Of a stretch of 64,000 bases of DNA, positions 9,521 through 22,700 are shown one piece after another. Under the pieces are notes generated by a model. That model was not told the DNA's origin. It ran no database searches and saw only the letters and a list, made by a program, of their open reading frames with translations. The position numbers and the translations under genes were made by a program. Within the stretch, counting starts at the first letter, position 1. Every line of letters starts with the position of its first letter. Origin of the DNA: Gracilinanus agilis (lineage: Eukaryota); contig NC_058131.1 in assembly GCF_016433145.1 (NCBI RefSeq), positions 180,846,964-180,910,963 of the forward strand. Direction: 5' to 3'.

Positions 9521-12500
9521 AAGGTGGAAGAGAGACCTCAGACATCATATAAGCTCAAACAATCTTGCAATATTTGCCTGTTTTTTTTTTTAAGTCTGTT
9601 TAAACACTCTTTTGGTATTTTGTGAGGCAGCCTTTTTCCTTGTTAAATACCTATGATTGTTGGTAAGCTGCATTTGTGGCCTAGGCCTGTGGGGGAACAT
9701 AGAACAAGTCATTCCCTGTTACAGATGATAGCCCTCCAAATATTTGATGACTGTTTCCTTTCTCTCCTTAAATATCTTTATTTGTCCCAGGCTAAACATT
9801 CCCAGTTCAATCAACCACTTAAATGTATGATGTGATTTCATGTGTTGGTTTTTAATTTCTTTGAAATGTTTTGTGTTTTTCAGTATCTTTTAAAAAATAT
9901 GATCCTTAGAACTACAAAATACTACTAAACTCCAGAAATAGTCTGATCAGGACAAGATTTTATATTCAGTAAACACAAGTGGAATCTTCTCCATACCTTT
10001 TAGGCAGTTATGTTACTGTATATATGTGATTTGTAGTAAAAGACAGTTTACTAAAATCTGCCTGAAGTTCTCATATATTTTTTAAATTAAGGTGTAGTCT
10101 CATTGCGTGTGTGAGATCATTTTCATAAAAATTTTTGACATTTAGGTCAATAGTTAATGATTGATCTCTTGATCACCTTTTTTAAATTTAAATTTTCTAT
10201 TAAATTTTTTAAGTTTTTCCCATAATTCATGTTTTCTCTTTCCCTTCATCTCTCCTGGGGTTGACAAGCAATATATATATATATATATATATTATCACTT
10301 GAATCCATTTCCATATTATTCATTTTTGTAAAAGAGTAATCCTTTAAAACCAAAATCCCAAATCACATGCCTATATAAACAAGTGATGAATTATATGTTT
10401 TCTTCTGGATTTCTACTCCTGCAGTTTTTTCTCTAGATGTGGATAGCATTCTTTCTTTATAAGTCCCATAGAATTGTCCTAGATCATTGCATTGCTATTA
10501 GTAGCAAAGTCAATTACCTTTGATCATCCCATAATGTTACAGTTACTGTGTAAAATGATCTCCTGGTTCTGCTTATTTCACTCCGCATCAGTTCATGTAA
10601 GTCTTTCCAGTTCTTATAGAAATCCATCAATTCTTGGATCACCTTTTTAGGCAGCTATGTAGTACTGTGGACAGAGTGCTGGACCTGGAGTCAGGAAGAT
10701 TTGAGTACCACTCTGCTCTCAGATCCTTATTAGCTGTGTGACTCTGGGCAAGTCACTTAACCTTTATTTGCCTCTGTCTTTTCCTCTGTAAAATGAGAAG
10801 AACAATTATGTCTACCTGTAAACTTGTAATGAAGATCAAATGAGATATTTTAAAAGACTTAGCACAGTGAATGGCAACATAGTAACCCCAATAATAATTA
10901 AATTGTATGTGTATGTTTTTGCCCTCTATTCTTTTTGTATTTTCACTTAACATATATATATATATCGTGCCTCCATGTTTTTAAAATACATTCACTCTAG
11001 CACAGATTTCCTTGTATATTTGGGCAGACTCATCCATTCTTTTCAGACCTTTGGTCCATTCTTCCCAATGTTGTCTTCTAAACACCATTTCAGATTCTTT
11101 ATACATAGTATATTGGTAACTGAGATATTAAGATCCAGATGTGGTATTTCTAATCCTAAAATATGTAAAATTTCTGAAATATGTTTCATTTTATGTCTGT
11201 GTATTGTCACTTTGCAAGTTTAATTCATGAGAATATGGATGGTATGGTTCGTTTGGTTCTCATACCAACCATTTTCTGTAGAAATTTTCATTCCATTGCT
11301 TTTTTTCCCCTGTTTTTATGTTGTGCTACTGTTTTTAGGTTTTAACTCTTATTTATTATATCAATCATATAGTGTTTTACAAAAGAGTTTTTAATCTAAA
11401 CCATTGTTGCTCTTGGTTGCCATGGTTTTCTGCCTTAGCAAGCAGATCAAGTTATTTGCTGGCTAATTAGTTTCTATACTCTTTTCAAGGTGTCCCATTG
11501 TGGCTACTGTTATTTATGTCAGGGAAGCTTTTGTAAGAAATGGGAATAATCAAGATCAAATATCCTTGGTTTTTAAAGTTCTTTTTTCAGCAGAAGCAGC
11601 TTGTAAGTTAGGTTGAGTATTTTAACTATTTTTAGTATTATTTCATCATTATTTGTCTAATTTAGTAATGATTTTTACTCTTGTTATACCTCTTGAAAGC
11701 TTGGTGGCACAGTGGATTGTGCAGTGGACTGCTCAGTGGACAGGCTAGGAGTCAGGACTCATCTTCCTGAGTTCAAATTTAGTATCAGACACTTATGAGC
11801 TATGTGACTATAGGCATGTCACTTAACCCCATTTGCCTCAGTTCCTCATCTATAAAATGAGCTGGAGAAGGAAATGGCAAACTACTATCTTTGCAAACAA
11901 AATTTCAAATGGGTTTACAAAGAATTGGACACAACTGAACAACAGCAGATATAGTCTCTGGTCTGAGTGCACATAGGCAGCAATTTTGAGAAAATGGCAA
12001 TATGTTGGTAACCATTTTGTTTACTATCTTTTAAGATACTTATTTTTTGGTTATGATATTTGCAATTTACCTCCTAACTCTTCTGGGGAAAAAGTATTCA
12101 TGTATCTATTTCTTCTGGAATAGGTTATATGCTTTTGTGGTCTCTTTGGTTTCTTATACCTAAGCCTTTTCCTATACTTCCCTGACTCCCTTTTGAAATC
12201 ACTGCACATCAAAGTATATGTTGCCATAGTTTGCTAGAGTTTGTTGATTTCTTTGTAGTTCTTGTATCTCTTCATTCTCTGCAACAGATACTGAACCATA
12301 AGCTGTAATTACTTTCATGATAATCCATTTTACTTAGATTCATTATCTCCTGGAAAGGATGTTTCCTGTTGCTGTGGGGAACAAACATTTATTGTGTCTA
12401 CTATGTGCTAGGTACTGTTGTGCTGAGGGTTTTACAAATATTATCTCATTTGATCTTCAGAACAACCCTAGGAGATAGGTGCTGTTATACCCATTTTTTA

Positions 12501-13799
12501 GTTGAGGAAACTGAGGCAGGTAGGTTAAATGATTTGTCCAGGATCATTTAGCTATTAAGTGTCTGAGGCCATATTTGAACTCAGGTTTTCCTAACTCCAG
12601 GCCCAGGGCACTGCCTAACTCTGTTGTAGATAATTAAAAAAAAAAAAACCACAAAAAACAGTTCTACCCTATCTTTGGCTTCTCTAGAACTTGAATGCCA
12701 TTCTTCATGTAACTGCAACTTTCTTTTGTCTTCTAGTTTCACTTATGGCATTTAGAGTATCTATAGTTAATCTAATGCTTATAGTCTGAACATGTTGTGG
12801 TTCTTAACACTCAGTCTCTTTTTCCACATCTGCAATACTGTCACTCATAGGGTTGGGGAGGATGGTATAGAGGTCATTTTGAGTTTTCCTTTGTTTAATG
12901 TACCACTGTCAAACAATTCAACACCTAATAGCTAGCCCACTGATTGGCTTCTCTGTATCTGTGCTTGCTTGTTCCTCAGGTAGCAGATTCACTTAAAATC
13001 CAAACATACTCAAGACCTTTCCAGCATTAAACGTAAGCTTATGGCTTAAGGATCACTTCCATACCTGGCGGAGGTATCTTTATCAGAATATCCGTTTTCC
13101 CTTTTTGTTTAGACAGTTAGTTGTAAGTAACAAACACATACAAAACTGCATTTTTATTACAGTACAAATAGGTTTATGGTATAGATCATTATTATACAAA
13201 TATGCCACTAGTCATAATAACTGTATCTAAGAAAAGCTTGATCTAACACAGATTATACCATATGTATTAATTTATATGCCCAGAAATTATTCCTAGTTTC
13301 TAAGTGATTGGGTCAGAGTGGAGAGTAGGGAAAGGTAGGGAGGGATTAAGCAGAAGGTAGGATTTTAAGTAGTAAAAATTGGGTTCATTTTTGTTGTAAG
13401 CCTAGAGTAGAAATCTTCTCCTTCCTCACCTTTATCTATTTCATAATTTATTCAAATTTCCACCCAGAATATTGACTCTTCCCAATATTATAGGGAAGTC
13501 CAAAGAAATACATTTTCTTATAAAACAAGGAGAAGGTTTTGAAGAGAGAATTTTAAAAAGATACAGTATTTAAGATTTACCAAATACTTTACTCACAACC
13601 ACCATGTGAGGTTGGTATGCCTATAAATCAATGGATTTATAATCTCAATGTTCATACTGTTGCAATGATTCAGATCATAGTCAATTTAAGCTTTACCCAG
13701 CTTTGCCCAATCTGTGAGACATTTGTCCATATTTTGTTGTAAATCTGCCAGAGTGGAGGCCAGTTCTGCCAGCATCCTGGGTGCGACGGCATTGTGGGG

Positions 13800-14570
13800 A
13801 GGGAAAAAATAGAAAATAAAAACCCTTGTAAACAAAGATGGATGATAATCAAACAAAACAAATTCCCACATTTTCTGTGTTTAAAAACATGTCTCATACT
13901 ACATCTTGAGTCCATCACTTCTCTGTCAGGAGATGGATAACCTGTTTCATCATCTTAACCCCCAAATCATTGCTGATCATTGCTTTGATCAGAGTTTGTA
14001 AGTCTTTTTAAGCTGTTTGTCTTGCAGTATTGTTGTTATTATTCTTCTGGGTATACTGTCCTTATTCTACATCAATTTAAATATTGTCTTCCTAAATTTC
14101 TCTTAACTATTGCTTTTATTATTTGTTATTTATCATTTTGTCATCATAATATTCCATTACATTCATATACCATAATTTGTTCAGTCATTCTCAAATTGAT
14201 GGACACTCCATTTTTAGTTCTTTGCTACAATAAAACTTCCTAAAATATTTTTGTACATACGGGATCTTTTCCTTTTAATTTGATCTCTTTTTGGAATGTA
14301 GGCTTAACAATGTTATCTCCAGGCCAAAAGTTATGCATGGTTTAATGACTTTGGGGGCATAGTACCTTCTAAGACTTTTGGGACCAATTCATGGGGCCAC
14401 CAGTAGTGTGTTAATGAATCTGTTTTTCCTCATCTCCCTCCAACATTTGCCATTTTCAGTTTCTGTCATCTTAGTCAATTTGAGGGATGTAAGGTAGATA
14501 GAACTACTTAGAGTTGCTTTAATTTTCATTTTTCTAATTATAAGGGATTTGAAGTGTTTTTTCATGTGAC
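13800..14570 (-). mobile_element. Older marsupial L1 3' fragment; related antisense fragments at ~10180-10630, 21150-21370, 27780-28480, 37200-38020, 44040-44635 and 45717-45968; a sense 3' end lies at ~36055-36285
   Basis: Recurring motifs aaacaaattcccac, gatcagagtt..taagtc, cacaataatattccatt and ggtcaaagggtatgc. Confidence 0.75.
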
Positions 14571-16039
14571 TGTTGCCTCAAGTTCTCTTGATGTTTTGTG
14601 GATACAAGGGGAACCTATGGGTTATCATTTGGTTATCTCTCACTTTTGCTAATTGACTGGCAGATTTGTTTTTTGGGTCATGCTTTCTTGATAACATACT
14701 TCATATTGCATCACTTGTCTTCTTCCTTGTTTGTAATTAAAGCCTGCTCATGCCTACCATGCAGCCCTTGATTGCGCTTTGAGTGATCATCAACTTTCGA
14801 TCTTCAGAGATTATACTATTCTGTGATTCACAGTGTAAAATTACTGAATGATCATTGCTGTTAAAAAGAGGAGCCTTTCTTTCATGGAGAAGCTTGATGA
14901 GATTATAGAAACTGAGGCCCAGAAGTGGAGTAACTTGCCTTTGGTGGCATAGCTATCAAGTGTTGGAAATGGTTTTTGAACCCCAATCTGTCTTGATTCC
15001 CCTATCATTGATGCCAAAATTATTTTTTGAGTAGTTGCTAGTTAAAAGAAAATTTAACAGGAATTTGGAGAACCTCTTCACATCAGCTCTGTGTAAGAAA
15101 TGGAAAATTTTTGAAAGATTCCTCTAGACATAGCTGTTTAACTTCTGCCAAACATTTCTTCCAAATGAGCCAGTCATTATTTATTTGAAAATAATCTGGA
15201 ATATGTGTTGTGCTTATGAAAGTCAGAGACATTTATAGTATTTAGAATCTTAGGGCTAAACTTTTAAGGTCAATTTTTTTAAAAGCCAGTTTCTAATAAA
15301 GGAATTGTACTCCTAGGGATAAGTTATGATTTCAGCATCCCAGGGTTCAGAATACTTGCCAAACCAAATGAAAACACAACTGTTTCATCTGTAAAAATAA
15401 GGAAATAGAGAGATTTACTTTAAAAATCTGGGTGATCACTAGCCATTTTTATCAGACTTGTCTACTTTATTGGTTTGTTTTGTCTTTTTGCTGAAATTAT
15501 CAGTATGGGTACCAGAGTTAGTCCTCAACTTTATTTTTTATTTTTTTTTAATTTGTTTTAGTCCTCAACTTTTGTAGATGGTGGAGTAATAGCTTCTCCA
15601 GCACCCCGTCTTCAATATTATCATATCAGTGACAGTAAATTTTAGACAAAAGCATTTAAGAAATAGTTTTGCTATGGCCTTAGAAGGCAAATTAGAGGAG
15701 TTGTCTTAAGCATCTATATTCATTAGCCAGTATTGAAAAGTTTCATCCAGCTATTAGAAGTAGCAAGCATGTTTTATTCATTTTAAATTGAGTGGGAATG
15801 TGAAAATATACCTCAAAAGCCCTCTTTTCTTTCTCTGTTTGAAAGGAGGAGGGACAGAGAAGGCAGGAAGGAGGGAAGGATGGAGGGATAGCTATTTTGT
15901 CCACCACCCCCTCAGTGAGCCTGTGCGCTCAGCAATGAGCAGGACTTGCAATCTGCTGTACTCTTGCTTGGCCTCCATTCTTCAGCACTTTCATCATTAG
16001 TGTAAGTATCTTGCCAGGCTGTGTGATTCTTTTTAAATT

Positions 16040-17020
16040 TAATTAATTTATATTAATTTATTTTTTAAGAGAAATTTTCCATGGTTACATAATTCATGTT
16101 TTCACTTTCCCCTTAACCCCCCCCACCCCTTTGCCACCCCATAGCCAATGCATATTTCCACTGGTTTTAACATGTGTCATCAATCAAGACTTATTTCCAT
16201 ATTTTTTTTTTAGACCCTTACCTTCCATCTTGGAGTCAATACTGTGTATTGGCTCCAAGGCAGAAGAGTGGTAAGGGTAGGCAATGGGGGTCAAGTGACT
16301 TGCCCAGGGTCACACAGCTGGGAAGTGTGTTAGGCCAGATTTGAACCTAAGACCTCCCATCTGCAGGCCTGGCTCTCAGTCCACTGAGCTACCCAGCTAC
16401 CCCTATTTCCATATTATTGATAGTTGCATTGGTGTGGTCGTTTTGAGTCTACAGCCCCAATCATGTCCGCATCGACCCATGTCTTCAAGTGGTTGTTTTT
16501 CTTCGTTTCCACTCCTGTAGTTCTTCCTCTGAATGTGGGTAGCGTTCTTTACCATAAATCCCTCAGAATTGTCCTGGATCATTGCATTGCTGCCAGTACA
16601 AACGTCCATTACATTCAATTTTACCACAGTGTATCAGTCTCTGTGTACAATATTCTTCTGGCTCTGCTCCTTTTGCTCTGCATCAGTTCCTGGAGGTCTT
16701 TCCAGTTCACCTGGAATTCCTCCAGTTTATTATTCCTTTTAGCACAATAGTATTCCATCACCAGCATAAACTACAACTTGTTCAGCCATTCCTCAATTGA
16801 AGGGCATACCCTTGTTTTCCAGTTTTTTGCTACCACAAAAAGCGCAGCTATAAATATTTTTGTATAAGTCTTTTTATCTATGATCTCTTTGGGGTACAAA
16901 CCCAACAATGGTGGCTGGATCAAAGGGCAGGCTTTCTTTTATAGCCCTTTGAGCATAGTTCCAAACTACTATCCAGAGTGGTTGGATCAATTCACAACTC
17001 CACCAGTAATGCATTAATGT
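16040..17020 (-). mobile_element. L1 3' fragment interrupted by a SINE
   Basis: Antisense L1 ORF2 end and 3' UTR. The source of supplied ORFs 16403, 16424, 16533 and 16582. Confidence 0.85.
16204..16403 (-). mobile_element. SINE1_Mdo-type SINE (older subfamily) nested in L1
   Basis: TSD tatttccatatt (16192-16203 / 16404-16415). Confidence 0.92.
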
Positions 17021-17511
17021 CCATAGTGGATCATTTAAAAAAAATTCATAGTGTCTTTTATTTTCAAAATGAAAGAATTTTGGAGAATGTGTACAAGACC
17101 TAAGGGCAGCTAGGTGGCTCAGTGGATAGATAGAGTATTAGGCTTGGAATCAAGAAAATCCATCTTCTTGAGTTAAAATGTTATTAGCTTAGTTAGACAG
17201 TTATAAGCTGTGTGACTTGGAGAAGGTCACTTAACCCTTCAGTTCCTCATCTGTAAAATGGCCTCAAGAAGGAAATAGCACTGGAGCAGCTTTGCCAAGA
17301 AAACCCCCAAATAGGGTCAAGAAGAATTGGACATGACTGAACAACAACAAGGAGGGAAGTATAAGAGCTATATTAGTAAGAATTAATTTTTTAAAAGGTT
17401 GACTAAATTAAATAATTAAATTTATTATATAACTATATAAACAAACTTATATAAACATAAATTATATATGTTAAAGAAAAATCTTTATTAGTGAGTTAAG
17501 TTCTATTTCTT

Positions 17512-17635
17512 TTTCTTCTTCTTCTTTTTTTTTTTTTAATTTTAAACCCTTGACTTCTGTGTATTGACTTATAGGTGGAAGATTGGTAAGGGTAGGCAAT
17601 GGGGGTCAAGTGACTTGCCCAGGGTCACACAGCTG
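17512..17635 (-). mobile_element. 5'-truncated SINE1_Mdo-type SINE
   Basis: TSD agttctatttctt (17499-17511 / 17636-17648). Confidence 0.9.
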
Positions 17636-19404
17636 AGTTCTATTTCTTCTTAATAATTTAATGCCTTTTAATTTATATCAAAGATACAACAAGTAAAGCA
17701 TTTTTATCTAACTTAGGCTATCCTGAAATGGTGGTTATTTTTTATTATTATAGAATTAGAACAGGAAGGACCTTGGAATCTTGTCTAGCTCAACTTTCCC
17801 CTTTTACAGATCATCAAACTGAGGCCCAGAGAGGTCAAAGTTCACATTCCCATTCTAGTGTTCCTCTTTCTAGGAAGTGAAGTATGAGAGAGGTATGGAC
17901 AGCCTTTGACATAGGAATTGGAAGGGACATAAGAAGTCATTGAGCTCAACTTTTTCATTTCTTAGATGAAGAAGTTGAGGCCTAAAAAGGTTAGTAGACT
18001 TGCTCAGAGTAACTTCTAATAAGTAGCTGAGGCTGGATTTGAACCCATATCTTCCTTTTTTGAAGTCCAGTGCCCTAACCATTTTTCCATGCCATTCCTC
18101 ACATATCTCTTAGTTATTTAGGGGCTTTTTTGTTTGCTTCTTGGTTCTTGGCCATGTTTTAAAAATTGCAGGGTACTAATGGTTAGCTAACACAAATGGG
18201 CAAGTAGGTATATTAAAGTTAGGTGATGTTCAAATTAATTGCATTAATCTTTCATATTCATGTACACCTTGTTTTACATAATATACTTGGTCCTGAAAAA
18301 TAGTTGTGTTGATCAAAATTTTCTCAAGTCACATAATTTTAAATGTTCTTCGCTAGAGGAGAATTCTGTGGGTGTTAATTCAGCAATATAAGTTTTGACC
18401 ACTAATGTTTCTATTTAAACTTTCTGTGAGTAGGTTGCCTCATAATAGTGGAAAAAGTAATGGATTTGGGATCCTAGGAGCAAGGAGTGAAAATCTGCTC
18501 TGCCATTAACTACCCATTTACTTCTCATAAAGTTATTGGACTAGATATCTTCTGAAGTTCCATCTAGCTTTGAACCATTCTTTCTTGGGCTTTGATTTCT
18601 TCATCTGTAAAATGAGAGAATTATATATACTAAATGATATCCAAAGTCCCTTCTGGAGATAAAATTTTATCCTATTCTGTGATACGGCTTATCCTAAATT
18701 AGGGCCTGCCCACTTATATGTAGATAGTATTTGTATAACAAAACCATTCTTCTTTTCTATTTGAACAACTAATAGATGAAATCTTATATGTACATTTAGC
18801 ATATGTTTTAAGTCTGTGAGGCAGAAGGTAGCTAAATGAAGAGGGTATCAGTAGATTTATTGTTTACATTTTCTGTATGCAGCTAACCAGGAGATCCTTA
18901 TGATTCATTGGTAATGCCTGGTGCTGTTTATGACTCCCAAGACCCTTTAGAAATGACACAGCAAAATTCAGAATGCTGGCTCCTAGAAACAATTGGAGGG
19001 GAAGGGGGAATTAATTTAATTGTAGCAATGCATAAGCTTTCGGAATGGTGTTCAACTGAAATATTTGCCAATTTTTTCTTGGGTAGTTAATATTTTATAT
19101 TTGTGATTGGGCCAAGCACACCCACTAAGATTATATTTTCAATTTTCTTTTTTTGTGCATTCTTTAGCTGTGACAACAGGAGGAACAGTGCATCTTTTCT
19201 AGTCAGCAGCTTTGGGAAGAAACCACTGGGAGACCTTGGTCCTGTGCTAGGCCTTGCCATGTGACTGGCTTGTTGTTATACATCTACTCAGTGTCAGATC
19301 TTGACTTCTGCCTGAGATAGTCTGGCCTGGGAGTTGTGGCTTTCTTTTGTGCCAAATGGTAACTCAACATAGGGGGATCCATAGGCCTGCAGGATTGAGG
19401 ACTA

Positions 19405-19510
19405 GCACAAAGAAGTATCTACATGCAAAGCCCTGTCTTGATTTATAGTGAGAATATAAATAGGAAAGGAAGAGTCCTTGCTCTCAGGGAGCTTCTTATT
19501 CTAATAAGGA
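19405..19510 (-). mobile_element. L2-type 3' tail directly downstream of the YBX-like fragment
   Basis: Minus strand tagaataagaagctccctgagagcaaggac...cagggctttgcatgtag resembles the L2 3' terminus. Confidence 0.65.
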
Positions 19511-19605
19511 GGCGAGAGATAGGGGACATATATAACAGGTTTCAGCTGAAAGTCAAGTACAAAGGCCTGTTGGCCCTATGAGGTGCAGTAGCAGTACAGA
19601 TGGTG

Positions 19606-19790
19606 ATACATTTTCTTTTGTGTCATTTCCATTAATAAAACCAAATCTATCTAGCACATGTGACTGCAGAGGACTTTGGTGGTGAGAAGTTTTTTTGAAG
19701 GGTTTTCAGTGGCCCTGGCTGATAAGGAAGTAGCAGGCAGCAGCTGTAGCACCTACAGGGGCTGTTGCTAGGTGGCATCTCCATAAAGGT
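19606..19790 (-). pseudogene. Decayed, spliced YBX3-like (Y-box / cold-shock domain) mRNA fragment
   Basis: Minus strand reads ...SLSARATENPSKKLLTTKVL then, after a small deletion, RFGFINGNDTKENV. This compares with YBX3 [46 protein letters not shown] (recalled, not database-checked). Stops and frameshifts are present. Confidence 0.75.
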
Positions 19791-22700
19791 TGTACCCATC
19801 TGTGATGGCAATGGGGGCTGGACCAGTGGTCTAGGGGCTATTGTTATTCCCATAGCTCTGGCATTTGTGTACTTTGCCTGTAGTTGGTAAGTTGGTCATT
19901 GGTTGGTGTTTGTGGGGGTGGAGTATTGAGCCCCTTCTCCACAGGGGTTATTTTCTTCGATAAAAAGGTCAGGCAGGAAGTGAGGCCAGTGGTCTGGGAG
20001 GCTATTAAAGCTAATAGGGACAAGTGTGTGAGCTATGTCCACCCTGACTGTCTTAGGGTGACCATTTCAGGTTTTGATTGTTAGGTGTTGGTTTTATATT
20101 GAGCCAGAATCTTCTTCCCTGCAGCTTCTACCCTTTATTCCTGCTTTTTCCTTTTGGGCCTTGTAGAGTAACTGAATCCTTATGGTAATGATTATCTTGA
20201 GGTATTTGAAGGTTCATCATTTTATCTCCCTCACTAAATTTTCTTTTTTCTAGGTCACATATTTCCAGGTCCTTCAACCTGACCTTATTTTGAATAAGGC
20301 CTCTCTTTCCTTTATCATTGCCATTATCCAATACACATACTCAACTTGTCAGTGTCCCTCCTAACGTCTTAATTTCTACCAAAGAGCATTATATTCCACA
20401 TGACAAGACTAGCCCAAAGAATAGTAGAACGATCACTTTCCTTGTTTTGGTTATAGTTATTTGGACAATGTTTGGTCAATAGTTTTTTTTTTTTGTTTGT
20501 TTGTTTTTTTGCCATGTTGAAGTTATGGAGTCAGTCTTGGCAGTCTTAGGCCTGAGTGGATTTTTGTTTAATTGACATTATTCATTTACTTTTAAATTCA
20601 AATGTCACTTCTCCTAGGCAGTAGGAGCAGGGATAATAATAACCATGTGCAGTGAGTTGAATGCCTCTTTGAACTGCTACACTTCTGAGGCTGATTGGTT
20701 CTGGCTAAAACTTTGGGTTAGGATCAGTATATGGGTACCAGCCCCTCCCGGGCCTGTGAGGCTATCTCTGTGCTATTGGGAGAACTTCTTAGAAATGCTA
20801 GCTGCTCACTACTCTGATATTGATGGATCTGGGAGCTCTGGGGTATAGATATTCTGCTTACCCATGCTAGTTGCACCTTCTTTTCTTCTTTATTCTTCTT
20901 ACTGAGTGATTTCTTATTGAGGCATATTATGATAATGAAATGACTGAATTAAATGGATTTAATAAAAGCATTTCAAAATGTTAGAAACACTATGCAAATA
21001 TAAGATAATATTTTGAAACTGGCCAACTTACAAGAGAAACTTATTTAAATATTGATGTTTTGAAAAAAAAATTGTTGTAATGTCCTCGTGACTGTCTTTC
21101 CCTAGCCCTTACCCCCATCCTCCCTTGTCAAGTCAACAAACATTTATTTTTTTTCAAAGATATCTTATCTTCCCAGTTACATGTAATAACAATTTTCAAC
21201 ATATTTTCTGAAATTATAAGATCCAAATTGTCTCTCTCCTATCCCCCCCCCCCCCCCAGAGATGGTTGGCAGTTTGATCTGGGTTATACATGTATCATCA
21301 TGTAAAACATACATATTGGTCATTGTTGTAAGAGAATACTCATATAAAACCAAAACCCCAAAATAAAACCATGAATCACTAATTCAATAAACATTTATTA
21401 AGTACCAGCTACTATGTGTCCTGTGCTTTTAAGCACCAGGGAAAGAAAAAGCTAAAAATCAGTTCCTGCTCTTAAGAAATTTGTAATGTAAGGAGGGAGA
21501 CAACATGCAAATAACTACTTAAATCAGATGTATACAATATAAATTAGAAATAATCTCAGGGAGAATTCACTAAGATTAAGGAGGATTGGGGCAGAAGCTG
21601 AGATTTGAAGCTGAGGAGACAAGAATGAGGAGGACATCCAGTAATTTCTGGCTAGAGGCAGCTAGGTGGTTCAGTGGATATGGCACTGGGTTTGGAATCA
21701 GGAAGAACTGAGTTCTATTTCTGCTTCAGATACTTTTCTTGCTCTCTGGCCTTGGAAGAGCTTAACACTTAACAGTTATTTGTCTCAGTTTCTTCAACTG
21801 TAAAATGGGGGATAATAATGGCACCTACTTCTAGGGTTGTTGTGAACATTAAATACTGAAAATAACTGGAATTGGGAAATGTGTTTTGAAAGGAACAGCA
21901 AAGAGACTGAATACATGAAAGAGGAGGGAGTAAGTTGTTAGAAGATGGAAAGAAGAGGGGAATGTCAGGCTATGAAAGCCTTGAAAAGCCAAAGAGAGGA
22001 TTTCCCATTTGTTCTTTGTGGTAATAGGGAGCCTTGAAGTTTACTGAGTAGGGAGATGAAGAGCCAGGTCTGCCCTTTAGGAGGAGCACCTTGAGGTGGA
22101 GGGGAGTCCTGGGAGACTCATAGGTTATTGCAGTAATCCAGGACCTGCACCCCGTTGGTATCAGCGATAGCCATAGCACATCTTGGCTGATAAGGTTCCT
22201 CTCATTTTGCGGCTGTCATTTTCTGCCTCTGTTGACAGAAGGGCTGCCACCTGGAGCAAAGAAAAACCAGGCTCTTCTGATTCAAGAACCTGCCTTTCAT
22301 CCTCTTCCTGGGAGCCCACCATCTACTGAGAAGAGTCAGCGAGACCCTCTTCACAAACCAAAGGACTGATAGGACTTGAGAGATTTTAGAGCAAACCAAA
22401 AACTCTTCTCAAAACAAAACCAAAACTCTTCTAAAAAAAACAAACAACCTTAAGACATTTGAGCTTTGAGAGTCTGGCCCCAATGACTTCCCAGAGCACA
22501 GAGAGGAACCACTGAGCAGCTTCCCCTCAGAGGCTTATTTGTCAGGTAGGATGAAGTTGGATCTTCAGGTCTAAACGATTGTGAGTGGATTTGGTGATCA
22601 GTGTAGTAGGGGTGGGATTCCCAGGTCTGTCTTTGAATAGGCAGTAAATACCTACTTAATGGCTTGGTATGCCCTTTTTGGATTGGGAAATGGATACCAT

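Noticed and set aside
12961-12985. Recursive splice site gttcctcag|GTAGCA
   Set aside because: Good acceptor, but the reconstituted donor is far from consensus.
13686-13871. Protein-like minus ORF (MLAELASTLADLQQNMDKCLTDWAKL)
   Set aside because: Short and partly in L1 sequence. At most a faint resemblance to a CR1 reverse-transcriptase segment, with no splice or gene context.
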